Part shown: one piece after another, positions 28,334-50,283 of the stretch
Numbering within the stretch: the first letter of the stretch is position 1
How the letters are laid out: each line of letters opens with the position of its first letter
Source: an uncultured Candidatus Rokubacteria bacterium
GTDB lineage: Bacteria > Methylomirabilota > Methylomirabilia > Rokubacteriales > DASRDR01
Length of the DNA: 64,000 nt
Direction of reading: 5' to 3'
Assembly: GCA_963805625.1 (NCBI GenBank)
Contig: CAWDVE010000021.1
Coordinates: forward strand, 96,001 to 160,000
Program-made: the position numbers and the translations under genes
Notes under the pieces: model-generated
What the model saw: the letters and a program-made list of their open reading frames with translations, nothing else
Database searches by the model: none
What the model was told of the DNA's origin: nothing

Positions 28334-28984
28334 CTACCCGAGCTCGGCCGCCCGGGCCGCGGGCAGCACCTCGCCCTTGAAGATCCACACCTTCACGCCG
28401 ATCGTCCCGTACGTCGTGTGCGCCGTGGCGACCCCGAAGTCGAGATCCGCCCGAAGCGTCTGGAGCGGCACCCGGCCGTCGCGGTACCACTCGCGGCGGG
28501 CGATCTCGGCCCCGCCGAGCCGCCCCGCGCAGGCGATCCGCACCCCCTCGGCCCCGAGCCGGACCGAGCTCTGCACCGCCTTCTTCATCGCGCGCCGGAA
28601 GGCCACCCGCTTCTCCAGCTGGAGCGCGATGTTCTCGGCGACGAGCTGCGAGTCGAGCTCCGGATGCACGACCTCCTGGATGTCGAGGTGGATCTCCTTC
28701 CCCGTTCGCATCTGCAGCTCGCTCTTGAGCTTCTCGACCTCGGCACCCTTCCGCCCGATGATGATCCCGGGCCGCGCCGTGTGGACGGTGATCCGCGCCC
28801 GGTTGGCCGAGCGCTCGACGTCGATCCGCGAGATGCCCGCGTGGTAGAGCGCGTCCTTGATGTATCGCCGGATCTTGATGTCCTCGTGGAGCAGGTTCGC
28901 GTACTCCTTGGAAGCGAACCAGCGTGAGCTCCACGTTCGCGTCGTCCCCAGCCGGAACCCGATCGGGTGGACCTTCTGCCCCAT
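28334..28984 (-). CDS. rpsC: 30S ribosomal protein S3
   Basis: [33 protein letters not shown]. Confidence 0.99.
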   Translation of the reverse strand: MGQKVHPIGFRLGTTRTWSSRWFASKEYANLLHEDIKIRRYIKDALYHAGISRIDVERSANRARITVHTARPGIIIGRKGAEVEKLKSELQMRTGKEIHLDIQEVVHPELDSQLVAENIALQLEKRVAFRRAMKKAVQSSVRLGAEGVRIACAGRLGGAEIARREWYRDGRVPLQTLRADLDFGVATAHTTYGTIGVKVWIFKGEVLPAARAAELG

Positions 28985-29415
28985 TACGCGCTCCTCGTCG
29001 TCGTCTTTGCCGGTCGGCGGCCGCCACTCGGACGCGCGCGCGTCGCCCCGGCCGGCCGTTGCCGCGCCGGAGCGGTGCCAGCCCCGGCCTCGGCCAGAGC
29101 CACCGTGATGTGGGCAAGTCGATGTCGGATCCAGAACGCCCGGCCCATCGCCCGTGGCTGGATCCGCTTGAGCGACGGGCCCTCGTCGATCACTGCGTTC
29201 ACCCGGAGGTCATCCAAGCTTCGCACCTGGTGGTTGTGCTCGGCGTTTGCGACGGCGGATCGCAGAACCTTCTCGATGTGCCGGGCCGCCACCTGGGGCG
29301 AGTACTGCAGGATCGCCAGCGCCTCCGCCACGGTCTTGCCGCGCACGAGGTCCGCGACCAGACGCGCCTTGCGGGGCGACACCCGGATGTAACGTGCGAC
29401 GGCCTTGGTGAGCAT
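28984..29415 (-). CDS. rplV: 50S ribosomal protein L22 with basic C-terminal tail
   Basis: [32 protein letters not shown]. Confidence 0.98.
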   Translation of the reverse strand: MLTKAVARYIRVSPRKARLVADLVRGKTVAEALAILQYSPQVAARHIEKVLRSAVANAEHNHQVRSLDDLRVNAVIDEGPSLKRIQPRAMGRAFWIRHRLAHITVALAEAGAGTAPARQRPAGATRARPSGGRRPAKTTTRSA

Positions 29416-29427
29416 CCGATCTCCGTC

Positions 29428-29712
29428 CTACTTCAGCGCCGTCGACTTCTCGGTGTGCGAGCCGTGCGCCCGGAACGTCCGCGTCGGCGAGAACTCACCG
29501 AGCTTGTGACCGACCATGTTCTCCGTGACGTAGACCGGGATGAACTTCCGGCCGTTGTGGACGGCCAGCGTGTGCCCGACGAAGTCCGGGCTGATCGTCG
29601 ACCGCCGGGACCAGGTCTTGATCACTTTCTTCTGCCGGGAGGCATTGAGTGCCTCGACCTTCTCCATGAGATGTGTGTCGATGAACGGGCCCTTGCTGAC
29701 CGAGCGTCCCAC
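29428..29712 (-). CDS. rpsS: 30S ribosomal protein S19
   Basis: [22 protein letters not shown]. Confidence 0.99.
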   Translation of the reverse strand: MGRSVSKGPFIDTHLMEKVEALNASRQKKVIKTWSRRSTISPDFVGHTLAVHNGRKFIPVYVTENMVGHKLGEFSPTRTFRAHGSHTEKSTALK

Positions 29713-29721
29713 GTCGTCCTC

Positions 29722-30549
29722 CTACCGCCGCCGCCCGCGGCGGGCGACGATGTACCGGTCCGACGGCTGGCGCCGCCGCGTCTTGGCACCCTTGGTCGGC
29801 TTGCCCCACGGGGTCATGGGGTGGTTGCCCTTACCACGTCCCTCACCGCCACCCATCGGGTGGTCGACGGGGTTCATCGCGACGCCCCGCACCGTCGGCC
29901 GGATCCCGAGCCAGCGGCTGCGGCCCGCCTTGCCCACCGTCACGTTCTCGTGGTCGAGGTTCCCCACCTGCCCGATCGTCGCCATGCAGGTCTGGCGGAT
30001 CAGCCGGATCTCGCCGGAAGGGAGTTTGACGTGGGCCATCTCCCCTTCCTTGGCCACGAGCTGCGCCCCGGTGCCGGCGCTCCGGCACAGCTGCCCGCCC
30101 TTGCCCGGCTGGAGCTCCACGTTGTGGATCGTGGTGCCCGCCGGGATGGCGCGAAGCGGGAGCGCGTTGCCCGGCAGGATGTCGGCGCTCGGCCCCGAGA
30201 CGACAGTGTCGTCCACCTTGAGCCCGTGGGGGGCGAGAATATAGCGCTTCTCCCCGTCGCGATAGTGCAACAGCGCGAGGTGGGCGCTGCGGTTCGGGTC
30301 GTACTCGATCGCCGCCACCTTCGCCGGCACCCCGAGCTTCTCGCGGCGGAAGTCGACCGCGCGGATCTTCCGCTTGTGCCCGCCGCCGATGTGCCGCGTC
30401 GTGATGCGACCCTGCGAGTTCCGGCCCCCGCTCCGCTTCTTGGTGTCAACGAGCGCCTTCTCCGGGCGGACCTTCGTGATCTCGTCGAAGGCCAGAATCG
30501 TCTGGAACCGTCGACCGGCCGATGTCGGCTTCAGCGTCCTGACTGCCAT
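29722..30549 (-). CDS. rplB: 50S ribosomal protein L2
   Basis: [25 protein letters not shown]. Confidence 0.99.
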   Translation of the reverse strand: MAVRTLKPTSAGRRFQTILAFDEITKVRPEKALVDTKKRSGGRNSQGRITTRHIGGGHKRKIRAVDFRREKLGVPAKVAAIEYDPNRSAHLALLHYRDGEKRYILAPHGLKVDDTVVSGPSADILPGNALPLRAIPAGTTIHNVELQPGKGGQLCRSAGTGAQLVAKEGEMAHVKLPSGEIRLIRQTCMATIGQVGNLDHENVTVGKAGRSRWLGIRPTVRGVAMNPVDHPMGGGEGRGKGNHPMTPWGKPTKGAKTRRRQPSDRYIVARRGRRR

Positions 30550-30586
30550 GGTCCCGTCCTGTCTCCGTGCCTTCTGGGCGTTTCGC

Positions 30587-30874
30587 TTACGACTCGAAGA
30601 GCTCGATCTTGTTGTCGGGGGCGAGCTGGACGACGGCCTTCTTCCACGACGCACGTCGGCCCACGAAGCGGCCCATCCGCTTCTCTTTGCCGTAGACCAC
30701 CTGCGTGCGCACGTCGGTCACCTTCACCTTGAAGATCGTCTCGACCGCCCGCCGGATGTCGACCTTGTTGGCGTCCACCGCCACCTGGAAGCTCACCTGG
30801 TTGCGCTCGTCCTTGAGCGTCGTGGCCTTCTCGGTCACGAGCGGCCGTAGCACCACCTGCCGGGGGTCTCTCAT
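30587..30874 (-). CDS. rplW: 50S ribosomal protein L23
   Basis: [26 protein letters not shown]. Confidence 0.97.
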   Translation of the reverse strand: MRDPRQVVLRPLVTEKATTLKDERNQVSFQVAVDANKVDIRRAVETIFKVKVTDVRTQVVYGKEKRMGRFVGRRASWKKAVVQLAPDNKIELFES

Positions 30875-31521
30875 GCCTGGAGCCCTTCCTGCGTCGCGAC
30901 CAGGGCCTGGCGCTCCGCCACGATCCGGTCGTGCCTCAAGAGCTCGGCCACCGACACGTGCCCCGGGCGCCCGAGCGTCAGCCACGGCACGTTCTGGCAC
31001 GCGCGCACCAGCCCGGCGCTGGGCTCGACCACCATGAGGAGCGTCCGCGTCCCCGTGACGCCGAGCCCGGCCAGCAGCCCGACCAGCGCCTTTGTCTTCG
31101 GCTGCGTCAGCTCGAGCCGCTCCACCACCGTGAGCTGCCCGCCGGCGACCTTGTCCGTCCAGGCCGCCCGGAGCGCGCCGCGCCGCGCCTGTCGTGGCAT
31201 CGCCTGCGCGTAGCTCCGGGGCGTGGGCCCGAAGGGCTTGCCGCCCCCCTTCCACTGGGTCGCTCGGATCGAGCCCTGTCGCGCCCGGCCGGTGCCCTTT
31301 TGCTTCCAGGGCTTCTTGCCGCCGCCCGACACCTCGCTCCGGCCCTTCGTGTCGTGGGTGCCGGCCCGGCGCCCGTTCAGCTCCCGCACGACGGCCTGGT
31401 GGAGCAGCGCGCCGTGGATCGGCGCCCCGAACACGGCCGCGTCGAGATCGAGGGTGCCACGGGCCTTGCCGCTCGCGTCGACGACGTTGACCGTCACCGT
31501 GCTCGCCATGGCCGCGCTCAC
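30871..31521 (-). CDS. rplD: 50S ribosomal protein L4
   Basis: KPWKQKGTGRARQGSIR..GGG. Confidence 0.98.
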   Translation of the reverse strand: MSAAMASTVTVNVVDASGKARGTLDLDAAVFGAPIHGALLHQAVVRELNGRRAGTHDTKGRSEVSGGGKKPWKQKGTGRARQGSIRATQWKGGGKPFGPTPRSYAQAMPRQARRGALRAAWTDKVAGGQLTVVERLELTQPKTKALVGLLAGLGVTGTRTLLMVVEPSAGLVRACQNVPWLTLGRPGHVSVAELLRHDRIVAERQALVATQEGLQA

Positions 31522-32189
31522 GCCTTCTTCGCAGCGTGCTGCTGCGCCTTCGAGAGCTTGACGCTCTTTCGCACCAGCAGGAGCCCACCCGTGGCGCCCG
31601 GGACGGCCCCCCTGATCACGAGCAGGTGCTGCTCGGGGAGCACGCGGACCACCTCGAGGTGCGGCGTCGTGACCCGGACCGCTCCCATGCGCCCCGGCAG
31701 CCGGTGACCCGGGAACACCCGCGAGGGATCCGACGAGGCGCCGATGGAGCCCGGCGCCCGGTGGAACATCGAGCCGTGGCTGGCCTCACCGCCCGTCCAG
31801 CCGTGGCGCTTGATGCCGCCCTGGAAGCCCCGGCCCTTCCGGAGCCCCGTGACGTCCACGAGCTCGCCCGGCTTGAAGAGGTCTACCGAGAGCGTCTGCC
31901 CCACCTGGTAGCCGTCCACCGACTCGAGTCGGACCTCGCGCAGGATCCGCACGGCCCCGACTCCGGCCTTCTTGAAGTGGCCGGCCATCGGCTTCCGGAC
32001 CTTCTTCCGCTTCGGCTCGAACCCGAGCTGGAGCGCGTCGTACCCGTCGGTCGCCTGGGTCTTCACCTGCACAACCGTGCAGGGTCCCGCCTCGAGCACC
32101 GTCACGGGCACGATGTTCCCGTCCTCGGCGAACACCTGCGTCATGCCACGCTTGCGCGCGATCAGTCCCTGCTTCATTGCCTTGGCCAT
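31518..32189 (-). CDS. rplC: 50S ribosomal protein L3
   Basis: GMTQVF..DGYDALQLG..HRAPGSIG. Confidence 0.98.
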   Translation of the reverse strand: MAKAMKQGLIARKRGMTQVFAEDGNIVPVTVLEAGPCTVVQVKTQATDGYDALQLGFEPKRKKVRKPMAGHFKKAGVGAVRILREVRLESVDGYQVGQTLSVDLFKPGELVDVTGLRKGRGFQGGIKRHGWTGGEASHGSMFHRAPGSIGASSDPSRVFPGHRLPGRMGAVRVTTPHLEVVRVLPEQHLLVIRGAVPGATGGLLLVRKSVKLSKAQQHAAKKA

Positions 32190-32207
32190 GGTGGGCGTCC
32201 CGTCTGG

Positions 32208-32525
32208 CTAGAACTTGATCTCGACGTCGACGCCGGACGGCAGGTCGAGCTTGGTCAGAGCGTCCACCGTCTGCGGTGTCGGATCGAGGATGTCCAGGAG
32301 CCGCTTGTGCGTCCGCATCTCGAACTGCTCGCGCGACTTCTTGTCCACGTGCGGCGAGCGGAGCACCGTCCAGCGGCTGATCGCCGTCGGCAGAAGCACG
32401 GGACCGGCCACGCGGGCACCAGTGCGCCGCACGGTCTCGACGATCTCCTTGACGGACCGGTCCAGGAGGCGGTGGTCGTAAGCCCGCAGGCGAATCCGGA
32501 TCTTCTGATCGGTCAGCAACACCAC
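32208..32525 (-). CDS. rpsJ: 30S ribosomal protein S10
   Basis: [23 protein letters not shown]. Confidence 0.99.
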   Translation of the reverse strand: MVLLTDQKIRIRLRAYDHRLLDRSVKEIVETVRRTGARVAGPVLLPTAISRWTVLRSPHVDKKSREQFEMRTHKRLLDILDPTPQTVDALTKLDLPSGVDVEIKF

Positions 32526-32529
32526 GGCG

Positions 32530-33726
<1,197 letters not shown>

Positions 33727-33751
33727 TCGTCCGTCCTCCCGAGCCTCTCGC

Positions 33752-35860
33752 TCAGCGGGAGCCCGCGCGGGCGGGAGCTCGGCCGGCCACCTTGGCCATG
33801 ATTTCTTCGGCCAGGCTGGTCGGGATCTCCTCGTAGCGGGCGAACTGCATGGTGTACGTGGCGCGCCCCTGGGTAGCGGAGCGCAGATCGGTCGCGTATC
33901 CGAACATGGTGGCGAGCGGGACATTCGCGCGGATTACCTGCGAGGAGCCCCGGGCCTCCATGGAAGCGATCCGGCCGCGCCGCGACGCGAGGTCGCCGTG
34001 GACGGCGCCCATGTATTCCTCGGGCGTCACGACCTCGACCTGCATGATCGGCTCCAGGAGTACCGGGCTTGCCCGCTTCACCGCATCCTTGAACGCCATC
34101 GAGCCCGCGATCTTGAACGCCATCTCGGAGGAGTCGACGTCGTGGTACGAGCCGTCGACCAGCATCACCTGCACGTCGACGACCGGGTAGCCGGCGAGCA
34201 CGCCGCTCTCCAGCGCCTCCCGGATGCCCTTCTCCACGGCCGGAATGTACTCGCGCGGCACCGACCCGCCCACGATCTTGTTCTCGAACACGAACCCCTT
34301 GCCCGGTGCGGGCTCGACCTCGATCTCGACGTCGCCGTACTGGCCCCGGCCACCCGTCTGCCGCACGAACCGCCCCCGGGCCTCGGCCTTGCGGCGAATC
34401 GTCTCGCGGTAGGCCACCTCCGGCCGCCCGACGTTGGCCTCGACCTTGAACTCCCGCAGGAGCCGGTCGACGATGATCTCCAGGTGGAGCTCGCCCATCC
34501 CCGAGATGATCGTCTGGCCGGTCTCGGCGTCCACGGCAACCCGGAACGTTGGATCCTCGAGAGCCAAGCGGCCCATGGACAGGCTGAGCTTCTCGTCGTC
34601 GGCCTTGGTCTTCGGCTCGATCGCCACCGAGATCACGGGCTCCGGAAAGTCCATCCGCTCGAGCACGATCGGCCGGTTCCCGTCGCAGAGCGTGTCGCCG
34701 GTGCGCGCGAACTTGAGGCCGACCACGGCCGCGATGTCCCCCGCGCCCACGCCCTCGATCTCCTCGCGCTTGTTCGCGTGCATCCGGAGCAGGCGCCCGA
34801 TCCGCTCCTTCTTCTGCTGCGTCGAGTTGTAGACGTGCATGCCCGACGCGAGCGTCCCCGCGTAGACGCGGAGGAACGTGAGCTGGCCCACGAAGGGATC
34901 GTTCATCAGCTTGAACGCGAGCGCCGTGAACGGCTCGGCATCCGAAGCCAGCCGCGTCTCCGGCTCCATGGTCTCGGGGTTGATCCCCTGCATCGGTGGG
35001 ATGTCGAGCGGCGACGGCAGGTAGTCGACGACCGCGTCGAGGAGAGGCTGCACGCCCTTGTTCTTGAAGGACGCGCCGCAGATCACGGGCACGTGCTTCA
35101 TCGCCAGGGTGCCGACCCGGACCGCCGCCCGGAGGTCCGCGGGCTCGAGCTTCTTGTCCTCGAGGTACTGCTCCATCAGCTTCTCGTCGACCTCGGACAG
35201 GGCATCCAGGAGGTGCTCGCGGTACTCGCGCACCTGCGCCGCGTACTCGGCGGGGATCGGCACCCGCTCGAACTCCTGGCCCAGGCGGGCATCGTTCTCC
35301 GGCCACACCAGTGCGGTCTCCTCGATGAGGTCGATGATGCCCCGGAAGCCGTCCTCCGCCCCGAGGGGCAGCTGGAGCACCACCGGGGTCACGCCGAGGC
35401 GGCTGCGGATCATCTCCAGGGAGCGGAAGAAGTCGGCGCCGGTCCGGTCCATCTTGTTGACGTACACGATGCGCGGCACCCGGTACTTGTCCGCCTGCCG
35501 CCAGACCGTCTCCGTCTGGGGCTCGACCCCCGCCACCGCGTCCAGGATCGCGACCGCGCCGTCCAGCACGCGGAGCGAGCGCTCCACCTCCATTGTGAAG
35601 TCCACGTGGCCGGGAGTGTCGATGATGTTGATGCGGCAGTCGCGCCAGAAGCACGTCGTCGCGGCCGAGGTGATAGTGATGCCGCGCTCCTGCTCCTGGA
35701 CCATCCAGTCCATCGTGGCGGTCCCCTCGTGCACCTCGCCGATCTTGTACGACCGGCCGGTGTAATAGAGGATCCGCTCGGTGGTGGTGGTCTTCCCGGC
35801 ATCGATGTGCGCCATGATGCCGATGTTGCGCGTCCGATCCAGCGGAAACTGCCGTTCCAT
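33752..35860 (-). CDS. fusA: Elongation factor G
   Basis: [37 protein letters not shown]. Confidence 0.99.
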   Translation of the reverse strand: MERQFPLDRTRNIGIMAHIDAGKTTTTERILYYTGRSYKIGEVHEGTATMDWMVQEQERGITITSAATTCFWRDCRINIIDTPGHVDFTMEVERSLRVLDGAVAILDAVAGVEPQTETVWRQADKYRVPRIVYVNKMDRTGADFFRSLEMIRSRLGVTPVVLQLPLGAEDGFRGIIDLIEETALVWPENDARLGQEFERVPIPAEYAAQVREYREHLLDALSEVDEKLMEQYLEDKKLEPADLRAAVRVGTLAMKHVPVICGASFKNKGVQPLLDAVVDYLPSPLDIPPMQGINPETMEPETRLASDAEPFTALAFKLMNDPFVGQLTFLRVYAGTLASGMHVYNSTQQKKERIGRLLRMHANKREEIEGVGAGDIAAVVGLKFARTGDTLCDGNRPIVLERMDFPEPVISVAIEPKTKADDEKLSLSMGRLALEDPTFRVAVDAETGQTIISGMGELHLEIIVDRLLREFKVEANVGRPEVAYRETIRRKAEARGRFVRQTGGRGQYGDVEIEVEPAPGKGFVFENKIVGGSVPREYIPAVEKGIREALESGVLAGYPVVDVQVMLVDGSYHDVDSSEMAFKIAGSMAFKDAVKRASPVLLEPIMQVEVVTPEEYMGAVHGDLASRRGRIASMEARGSSQVIRANVPLATMFGYATDLRSATQGRATYTMQFARYEEIPTSLAEEIMAKVAGRAPARAGSR

Positions 35861-35964
35861 CGACTCTTCCCGACCCTTCTCCTGGGCCGCCGCCGATGCC
35901 GACACCCGCGCCGCGGTCACGCGGACGGGGTGGAGGCGGGCGCGGCGGCCCGATCGTTACTTTG

Positions 35965-36435
35965 CTACCAGCGGTAGTGCGCGAACGCCTTGTTGGCCTC
36001 GGCCATGCGGTGGGTGTCCTCGCGCTTCTTTACGGCCGTCCCGCGGTTGTTGGCCGCGTCCAGGAGCTCCGCCGCCAGCCGCTCCTGCATGGTCTTCTCC
36101 GGCCGCGACCGCGCGAACCCGACGAGCCAGCGCATGGACAGGGACGTCCGTCGCTCCGGCCGCACCTCGACCGGCACCTGGTACGTGGAGCCTCCCACCC
36201 GGCGGGACTTCACCTCGAGGGCTGGCTTGACGTTGTCCACCGCCTGCTTGAACAGCTTGAGCGGATCCTGCTTCGCGCGATCGGCCATCAGGTCGAGCGC
36301 GTGGTACATGATCCCCTCGGAGAGGCTCCGCTTGCCTCCGTGCATCATGACGTTGATGAACTTCGCCACCAGGCGGCTCCCGTACTTGGGGTCGGGGTTG
36401 ACCTCCCGGCGCTGGATAATGGCCCGTCGCGGCAT
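35965..36435 (-). CDS. rpsG: 30S ribosomal protein S7
   Basis: [26 protein letters not shown]. Confidence 0.99.
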   Translation of the reverse strand: MPRRAIIQRREVNPDPKYGSRLVAKFINVMMHGGKRSLSEGIMYHALDLMADRAKQDPLKLFKQAVDNVKPALEVKSRRVGGSTYQVPVEVRPERRTSLSMRWLVGFARSRPEKTMQERLAAELLDAANNRGTAVKKREDTHRMAEANKAFAHYRW

Positions 36436-36450
36436 GGTCGAGGCTCCTGA

Positions 36451-36837
<387 letters not shown>

Positions 36838-36922
36838 CGGATCCCTTCCGTTACGGCTCGTTGACGGGTTTCCCGGGGACGGCGTCGCAGGGCACGGCCG
36901 ACACCAGGGCCAAAACTCCAGT

Positions 36923-36947
36923 TTTATAGCAATGATCGCCCATTCTG

Positions 36948-36951
<4 letters not shown>
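36923..36951 (-). promoter_or_regulatory. Near-consensus sigma70 promoter of the str operon; -35 contains the rpoC stop codon
   Basis: TTGACA (36951-36946)-N17-TATAAA (36928-36923) with extended -10 TG. Confidence 0.8.
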
Positions 36952-41171
<4,220 letters not shown>

Positions 41172-41307
41172 TCGCTCCTCCTTCATCGGGGGGAGTCCCC
41201 CCGCGCCGTCCAACGGGGACGGCCGCCGCCCCGGCGCACGCGCCGGGGATGCCCTTCCAACGACCCGCGCTTAGGGGCGACGGGCCGAGGTAGCCACGAC
41301 CTGCACG

Positions 41308-45321
<4,014 letters not shown>

Positions 45322-45433
45322 CTATCCCCTCAGCCCCGGTGTTCCGGGGTGCCCGGAGTCAATCTGCGCCCACTCCGTCCAGCCGACCCCGACGGCCGCC
45401 GCCCGCCCGCGGGGCGTTTCCCGGAGCGATGCA

Positions 45434-45457
45434 AGCCCGCCATACCCGCGGCGGGCT
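45434..45457 (-). terminator. Hairpin in the rplL-rpoB spacer (possible attenuator)
   Basis: Minus strand AGCCCGCC-gcgggtat-GGCGGGCT followed by only a weak U-tract; position matches the known rplL-rpoB attenuator. Confidence 0.35.
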
Positions 45458-45488
45458 CGGTCCGGCGTGCGACCGTCGACACCGCGCC

Positions 45489-45878
45489 CTACTTGATCTC
45501 GACGGTGGCGCCGACCTCCTCGAGCTTCTTCTTCATGTCCTCGGCCTCGGCCTTCGACACCTTCTCCTTGACCGGCTTGGGGGCCTCGTCGACGACCGCC
45601 TTGGCCTCCTTGAGCCCGAGCCCCGTCAGCTCCCGCACGACCTTGATGACCTGGATCTTCTTCTCGCCGGCGCCCAGGAGGACCAGATCGAATTCGGTCT
45701 TTTCCTCTTCGGCCGCCGGGGCCGCCCCGCCCGGCATCCCCATCCCGGGCATCGCCGCCATCGCCATGGGCGCCGCCGCCGACACGCCCCACTTTTCCTG
45801 GAGGAGCTTGGACAGCTGGGCCGCCTCCAGAAGGGTCAACTGGTCCAGCTGCTCGGCCACCTGATCGACCTTCGTCAT
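45489..45878 (-). CDS. rplL: 50S ribosomal protein L7/L12
   Basis: [27 protein letters not shown]. Confidence 0.99.
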   Translation of the reverse strand: MTKVDQVAEQLDQLTLLEAAQLSKLLQEKWGVSAAAPMAMAAMPGMGMPGGAAPAAEEEKTEFDLVLLGAGEKKIQVIKVVRELTGLGLKEAKAVVDEAPKPVKEKVSKAEAEDMKKKLEEVGATVEIK

Positions 45879-45943
45879 CCTCTGTCCCCCTTGTCATCGG
45901 CGGAGCCCCGTAGGCTCCGTCCGCTCTCGTCCGATTCCGTCCG

Positions 45944-46480
45944 TCACGCGTCCTCGGCCGATTCGGTCGGGGCCTGCTTGCCCCGCTCGGCCAGGATGAA
46001 TGCGAGCTCCCGCTGCGGCGCCTGGAGAAGACCCACCAGCTGCGCCAGCGGTCCCTGGATCGCTCCCACGAGCTGCGACCGAAGGGCCTCCCGCGACGGC
46101 AGGTCCGCCACCGCCTTGAGTCCCTGGAGATCCAGGAGCTGCCCATCGACGACGCCCACGCGGAGCTGGAGCGCCGGGTTCGTCTTGGCGAACCCCTGGA
46201 GCGCCTTGGCCACGGCGGCCGGATCCTTCCGGGCGATCACGACACCGATCGGCCCGGTGAGGTGCGGCCGGAGCGAGGCCAATGGCGACCCCTCGATGGC
46301 GACACGCGCCAACCGGTTCTTGACGACGCGGTACTCCGCGGAGGCCACCTTGAGCTGCTTCCGAAGCTCCGAGATCTGATGGACCGTGAGACCCCGGTAC
46401 TCGGTCAAGACCGCCGCCGTGGCGCCGCCCAGCCGCTTCCGGAGCTGCTCGATCGTCCCTGCCTTCTCTGACGTGGGCAC
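45944..46480 (-). CDS. rplJ: 50S ribosomal protein L10
   Basis: EYRGLTV..LRKQL..VVKNRL..LPSRE. Confidence 0.97.
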   Translation of the reverse strand: MPTSEKAGTIEQLRKRLGGATAAVLTEYRGLTVHQISELRKQLKVASAEYRVVKNRLARVAIEGSPLASLRPHLTGPIGVVIARKDPAAVAKALQGFAKTNPALQLRVGVVDGQLLDLQGLKAVADLPSREALRSQLVGAIQGPLAQLVGLLQAPQRELAFILAERGKQAPTESAEDA

Positions 46481-46489
46481 GTTGACCTC

Positions 46490-47194
46490 CTACAGCTTGT
46501 ACTGACTGGCGATGCGCTGGACGTCCACGTGCACGCCGGGCCCCATCGTCGTCGACACCGTGATACTGCGCAGGTACTGCCCCTTCGCCGCCGCCGGCCT
46601 CGCCTTCACCAGCGCTTCGATGATCGCGCTGACGTTCACCGCCAGGTGCGCGGCCGCGAAGGACCGCTTGCCGACGGGCACCTGAACGTTGCCGGCCTTG
46701 TCCACCTTGAACTCGACCTTGCCGGCCTTGACTTCCCGGATGGCCCGGGCGACGTCGAACGTCACGGTCCCGACCTTGGGGTTCGGCATGAGCCCGCGGG
46801 GCCCCAGGACCTTCCCGAGCCGCCCCACCTGACCCATGAGGTCCGGCGTCGCAACCGCGGTGTCGAACTCGAGCCAGCCGCCCTGGATCTTCTCGACCAG
46901 GTCCTCGGCGCCGACGATGTCCGCGCCGGCCTCGCGCGCCTCGCGCTCTTTCTCGCCCTTCGCGAAGACGATCACGCGGACCGTCTTGCCGGTCCCGTGC
47001 GGGAGGAGCACCGCACCCCGAACCATCTGATCCGCATGCTTTGGGTTAACGCCGAGCCGCACGGCGAGCTCGACGGTTTCGTCGAACTTCGCGTGGGCCA
47101 CGCGCTTCGCGAGGTCCACGGCCTCCTCCACGGAGTAGGCCTTGTCCGCGTCGATCTGCGCGCTTGCCTTCGCGTACGCCTTCGCCACTGGCAT
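46490..47194 (-). CDS. rplA: 50S ribosomal protein L1
   Basis: [30 protein letters not shown]. Confidence 0.99.
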   Translation of the reverse strand: MPVAKAYAKASAQIDADKAYSVEEAVDLAKRVAHAKFDETVELAVRLGVNPKHADQMVRGAVLLPHGTGKTVRVIVFAKGEKEREAREAGADIVGAEDLVEKIQGGWLEFDTAVATPDLMGQVGRLGKVLGPRGLMPNPKVGTVTFDVARAIREVKAGKVEFKVDKAGNVQVPVGKRSFAAAHLAVNVSAIIEALVKARPAAAKGQYLRSITVSTTMGPGVHVDVQRIASQYKL

Positions 47195-47206
47195 GCGCCC
47201 GCCCTC

Positions 47207-47632
47207 CTAGCCCACGACCTCGATGCCCATGCTGCGTGCGGTCCCCTCGACGATGCGCATGGCCTGGTCCACGTTGTCCGTGTTCAGGTCGACCAGCTTC
47301 GTCTGCGCGATCTCGCGGACCTGGGCTCGGGTCACCTTCGCGATCTTGATCTTGAGGGGGTTCGCGGAGGCCTTCGCGATCCCGGCCGCCCGCTTGAGGA
47401 GCACCGCCGCCGGCGGCGTCTTCACCTCGAACGTGAACGAGCGGTCGGCGTAGATAGTGACGACCACCGGCAGGATCAGACCCTCCTGGCTCGCCGTCCG
47501 CGCGTTGAAACCCTTGCAGAACTCCATGATGTTGACGCCGTGCTGGCCGAGCGCCGGCCCGACCGGGGGCGCCGGATTGGCCTTCCCCGCCGGGATCTGG
47601 AGCTTGACGACGGCCTGGACCTTCTTCGCCAT
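47207..47632 (-). CDS. rplK: 50S ribosomal protein L11
   Basis: [28 protein letters not shown]. Confidence 0.99.
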   Translation of the reverse strand: MAKKVQAVVKLQIPAGKANPAPPVGPALGQHGVNIMEFCKGFNARTASQEGLILPVVVTIYADRSFTFEVKTPPAAVLLKRAAGIAKASANPLKIKIAKVTRAQVREIAQTKLVDLNTDNVDQAMRIVEGTARSMGIEVVG

Positions 47633-47660
47633 GGTGCGCTAGCCTCTCCCGGTTCCCACG
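47633..47660 (-). promoter_or_regulatory. Candidate L1-binding autoregulatory leader of rplK-rplA
   Basis: GUG-GGAA-CC-gggaga-GG-cuagcg-CAC helix/internal loop immediately before the rplK ATG, resembling L1 operators. Confidence 0.4.
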
Positions 47661-47718
47661 CGCGCGCCGCCCATCAGCAAGCGCTTCCCTGCGCGCTCAA
47701 CCTGCCGGCGCGCGACAT

Positions 47719-48249
47719 CTATGCGCGCTCGACCTGGTAGTACTCGAGCTCCACTGGCGTCAGCCGCCCGAAGATCTGGACCATGACCTTCAGCTTGCCG
47801 CGCTCGGGGCTCATGTCCTCGATCATCCCGCTGAAGTTGACGAACGGCCCCTCGATCACCCGCACCTTGTCGCCTTTCTGGAAGACCGACTTGGGCTTCG
47901 GCTTCTCGGCGCCGAGTTCCATCTGGTGCAGGATGGCGTCGACCTCCTCGCGGGGCAGGGGCGACGGCCGCGCCCCCGAGCCCACGAACCCGGTCACCTT
48001 CGGCGTCGACTTGACGAGGTGCCAGGAGTCGTCGGTCATCTCCATCTCGACCAGCACGTAGCCCGGGAAGAACTTCTGGGGCGTGATTCGCTTCTGCCCC
48101 TTGCGCACCTCGACGACCTCCTCGGTCGGGATCACGACCTGGCTGATCGCCTCTTCCTGGCCAAAGATCTTGGCCCGCTGGCGGATCGCCTCCGCCACCT
48201 TGTTCTCGAACCCCGAGTACGTGTGCACGACGTACCAGTCTCTTGACAT
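47719..48249 (-). CDS. nusG: Transcription factor NusG
   Basis: WYVVHTYSGFE..FPGYVLVEM..TPKVTGF..FGRLTPVEL. Confidence 0.99.
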   Translation of the reverse strand: MSRDWYVVHTYSGFENKVAEAIRQRAKIFGQEEAISQVVIPTEEVVEVRKGQKRITPQKFFPGYVLVEMEMTDDSWHLVKSTPKVTGFVGSGARPSPLPREEVDAILHQMELGAEKPKPKSVFQKGDKVRVIEGPFVNFSGMIEDMSPERGKLKVMVQIFGRLTPVELEYYQVERA

Positions 48250-48256
48250 GCGCACC

Positions 48257-48448
48257 TTACCGGAGGACCAATCGGACGATCCACGTCAGGGCGTGGTCCA
48301 CGACCGCGAGAAACGCGGCCAGGACGAGTACCATGACGATCACGACGCTCGTCGAGCCCGTCACTTCCTTGCGCGTCGGCCACGAGACCCGCCGGAACTC
48401 GATCAAGACGTCGTGGAAAAACTCCCGGACCTTCCTCAGCGCCTCCAT
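48257..48448 (-). CDS. secE: Preprotein translocase SecE
   Basis: EFRRVSWPTRKEV plus one TM helix. Confidence 0.96.
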   Translation of the reverse strand: MEALRKVREFFHDVLIEFRRVSWPTRKEVTGSTSVVIVMVLVLAAFLAVVDHALTWIVRLVLR

Positions 48449-48474
48449 CCCGTGTCTACGTGTCCCCGTCTTTG

Positions 48475-48551
48475 TGGCAGGGCAGGAGGGATTCGAACCC
48501 CCATCCCCCGGATTTGGAGTCCGGTGCTCTAGCCGTTAGAGCTACTGCCCT
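48475..48551 (-). tRNA. tRNA-Trp(CCA)
   Basis: AGGGCAG acceptor stem, anticodon loop CTCCAAA, TTCGAAT, encoded CCA. Confidence 0.97.
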
Positions 48552-48559
48552 GGCTCGGC

Positions 48560-48712
48560 CTACTTCGTTTCCTTGTGAGCGGTGTGCTTCCGGCACCACC
48601 GGCAGTACTTCTTGAGATCCAGCCGATCCGGATGCGTCCGCCGATTCTTCGTCTGGGTGTAGTTCCGCCGCTGGCAGTCACCGCACGCCAAGCTGATGAT
48701 CTCTCGGGGCAT
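48560..48712 (-). CDS. rpmG: 50S ribosomal protein L33 (Zn-ribbon form; not in ORF track)
   Basis: Hand translation [36 protein letters not shown]. Confidence 0.97.
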   Translation of the reverse strand: MPREIISLACGDCQRRNYTQTKNRRTHPDRLDLKKYCRWCRKHTAHKETK

Positions 48713-48730
48713 GGTGTCTTGGTCCTCCGC

Positions 48731-49927
<1,197 letters not shown>

Positions 49928-49977
49928 CTCTCTCTATCCTCCTCGAGCGGCGCTCACCCGGCGCCTGGCAAGAGGGC

Positions 49978-50053
49978 TGGAGCCCATGACCGGACTTGAA
50001 CCGGTGACCCCGTCCTTACCAAGGACGTGCTCTACCGACTGAGCTACATGGGC
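49978..50053 (-). tRNA. tRNA-Thr(GGT)
   Basis: GCCCATG stem, loop TTGGTAA, TTCAAGT, CCA end. Confidence 0.97.
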
Positions 50054-50115
50054 CTCGATCACGTCCCAAGTCCAAGCGCGGCCGGCCCGGGGCCGACCCG
50101 CCGCCACACTGATCA

Positions 50116-50190
50116 TGGAGCGGGAAACGGGATTCGAACCCGCGACCCCCAGCTTGGAAGGCTGGCGCTCTACCGCTGAGCTATTCCCGC
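50116..50190 (-). tRNA. tRNA-Gly(TCC)
   Basis: GCGGGAA stem, loop CTTCCAA, TTCGAAT, CCA end. Confidence 0.97.
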
Positions 50191-50283
50191 GTCTCGGAGT
50201 CACACGTCGGCCGAAGACTCGCGGCCGGCCGCTCGACTCCGCTCTCGTTCCGTTCACCGCCCGATCGCACGTCGGCTCTACGA

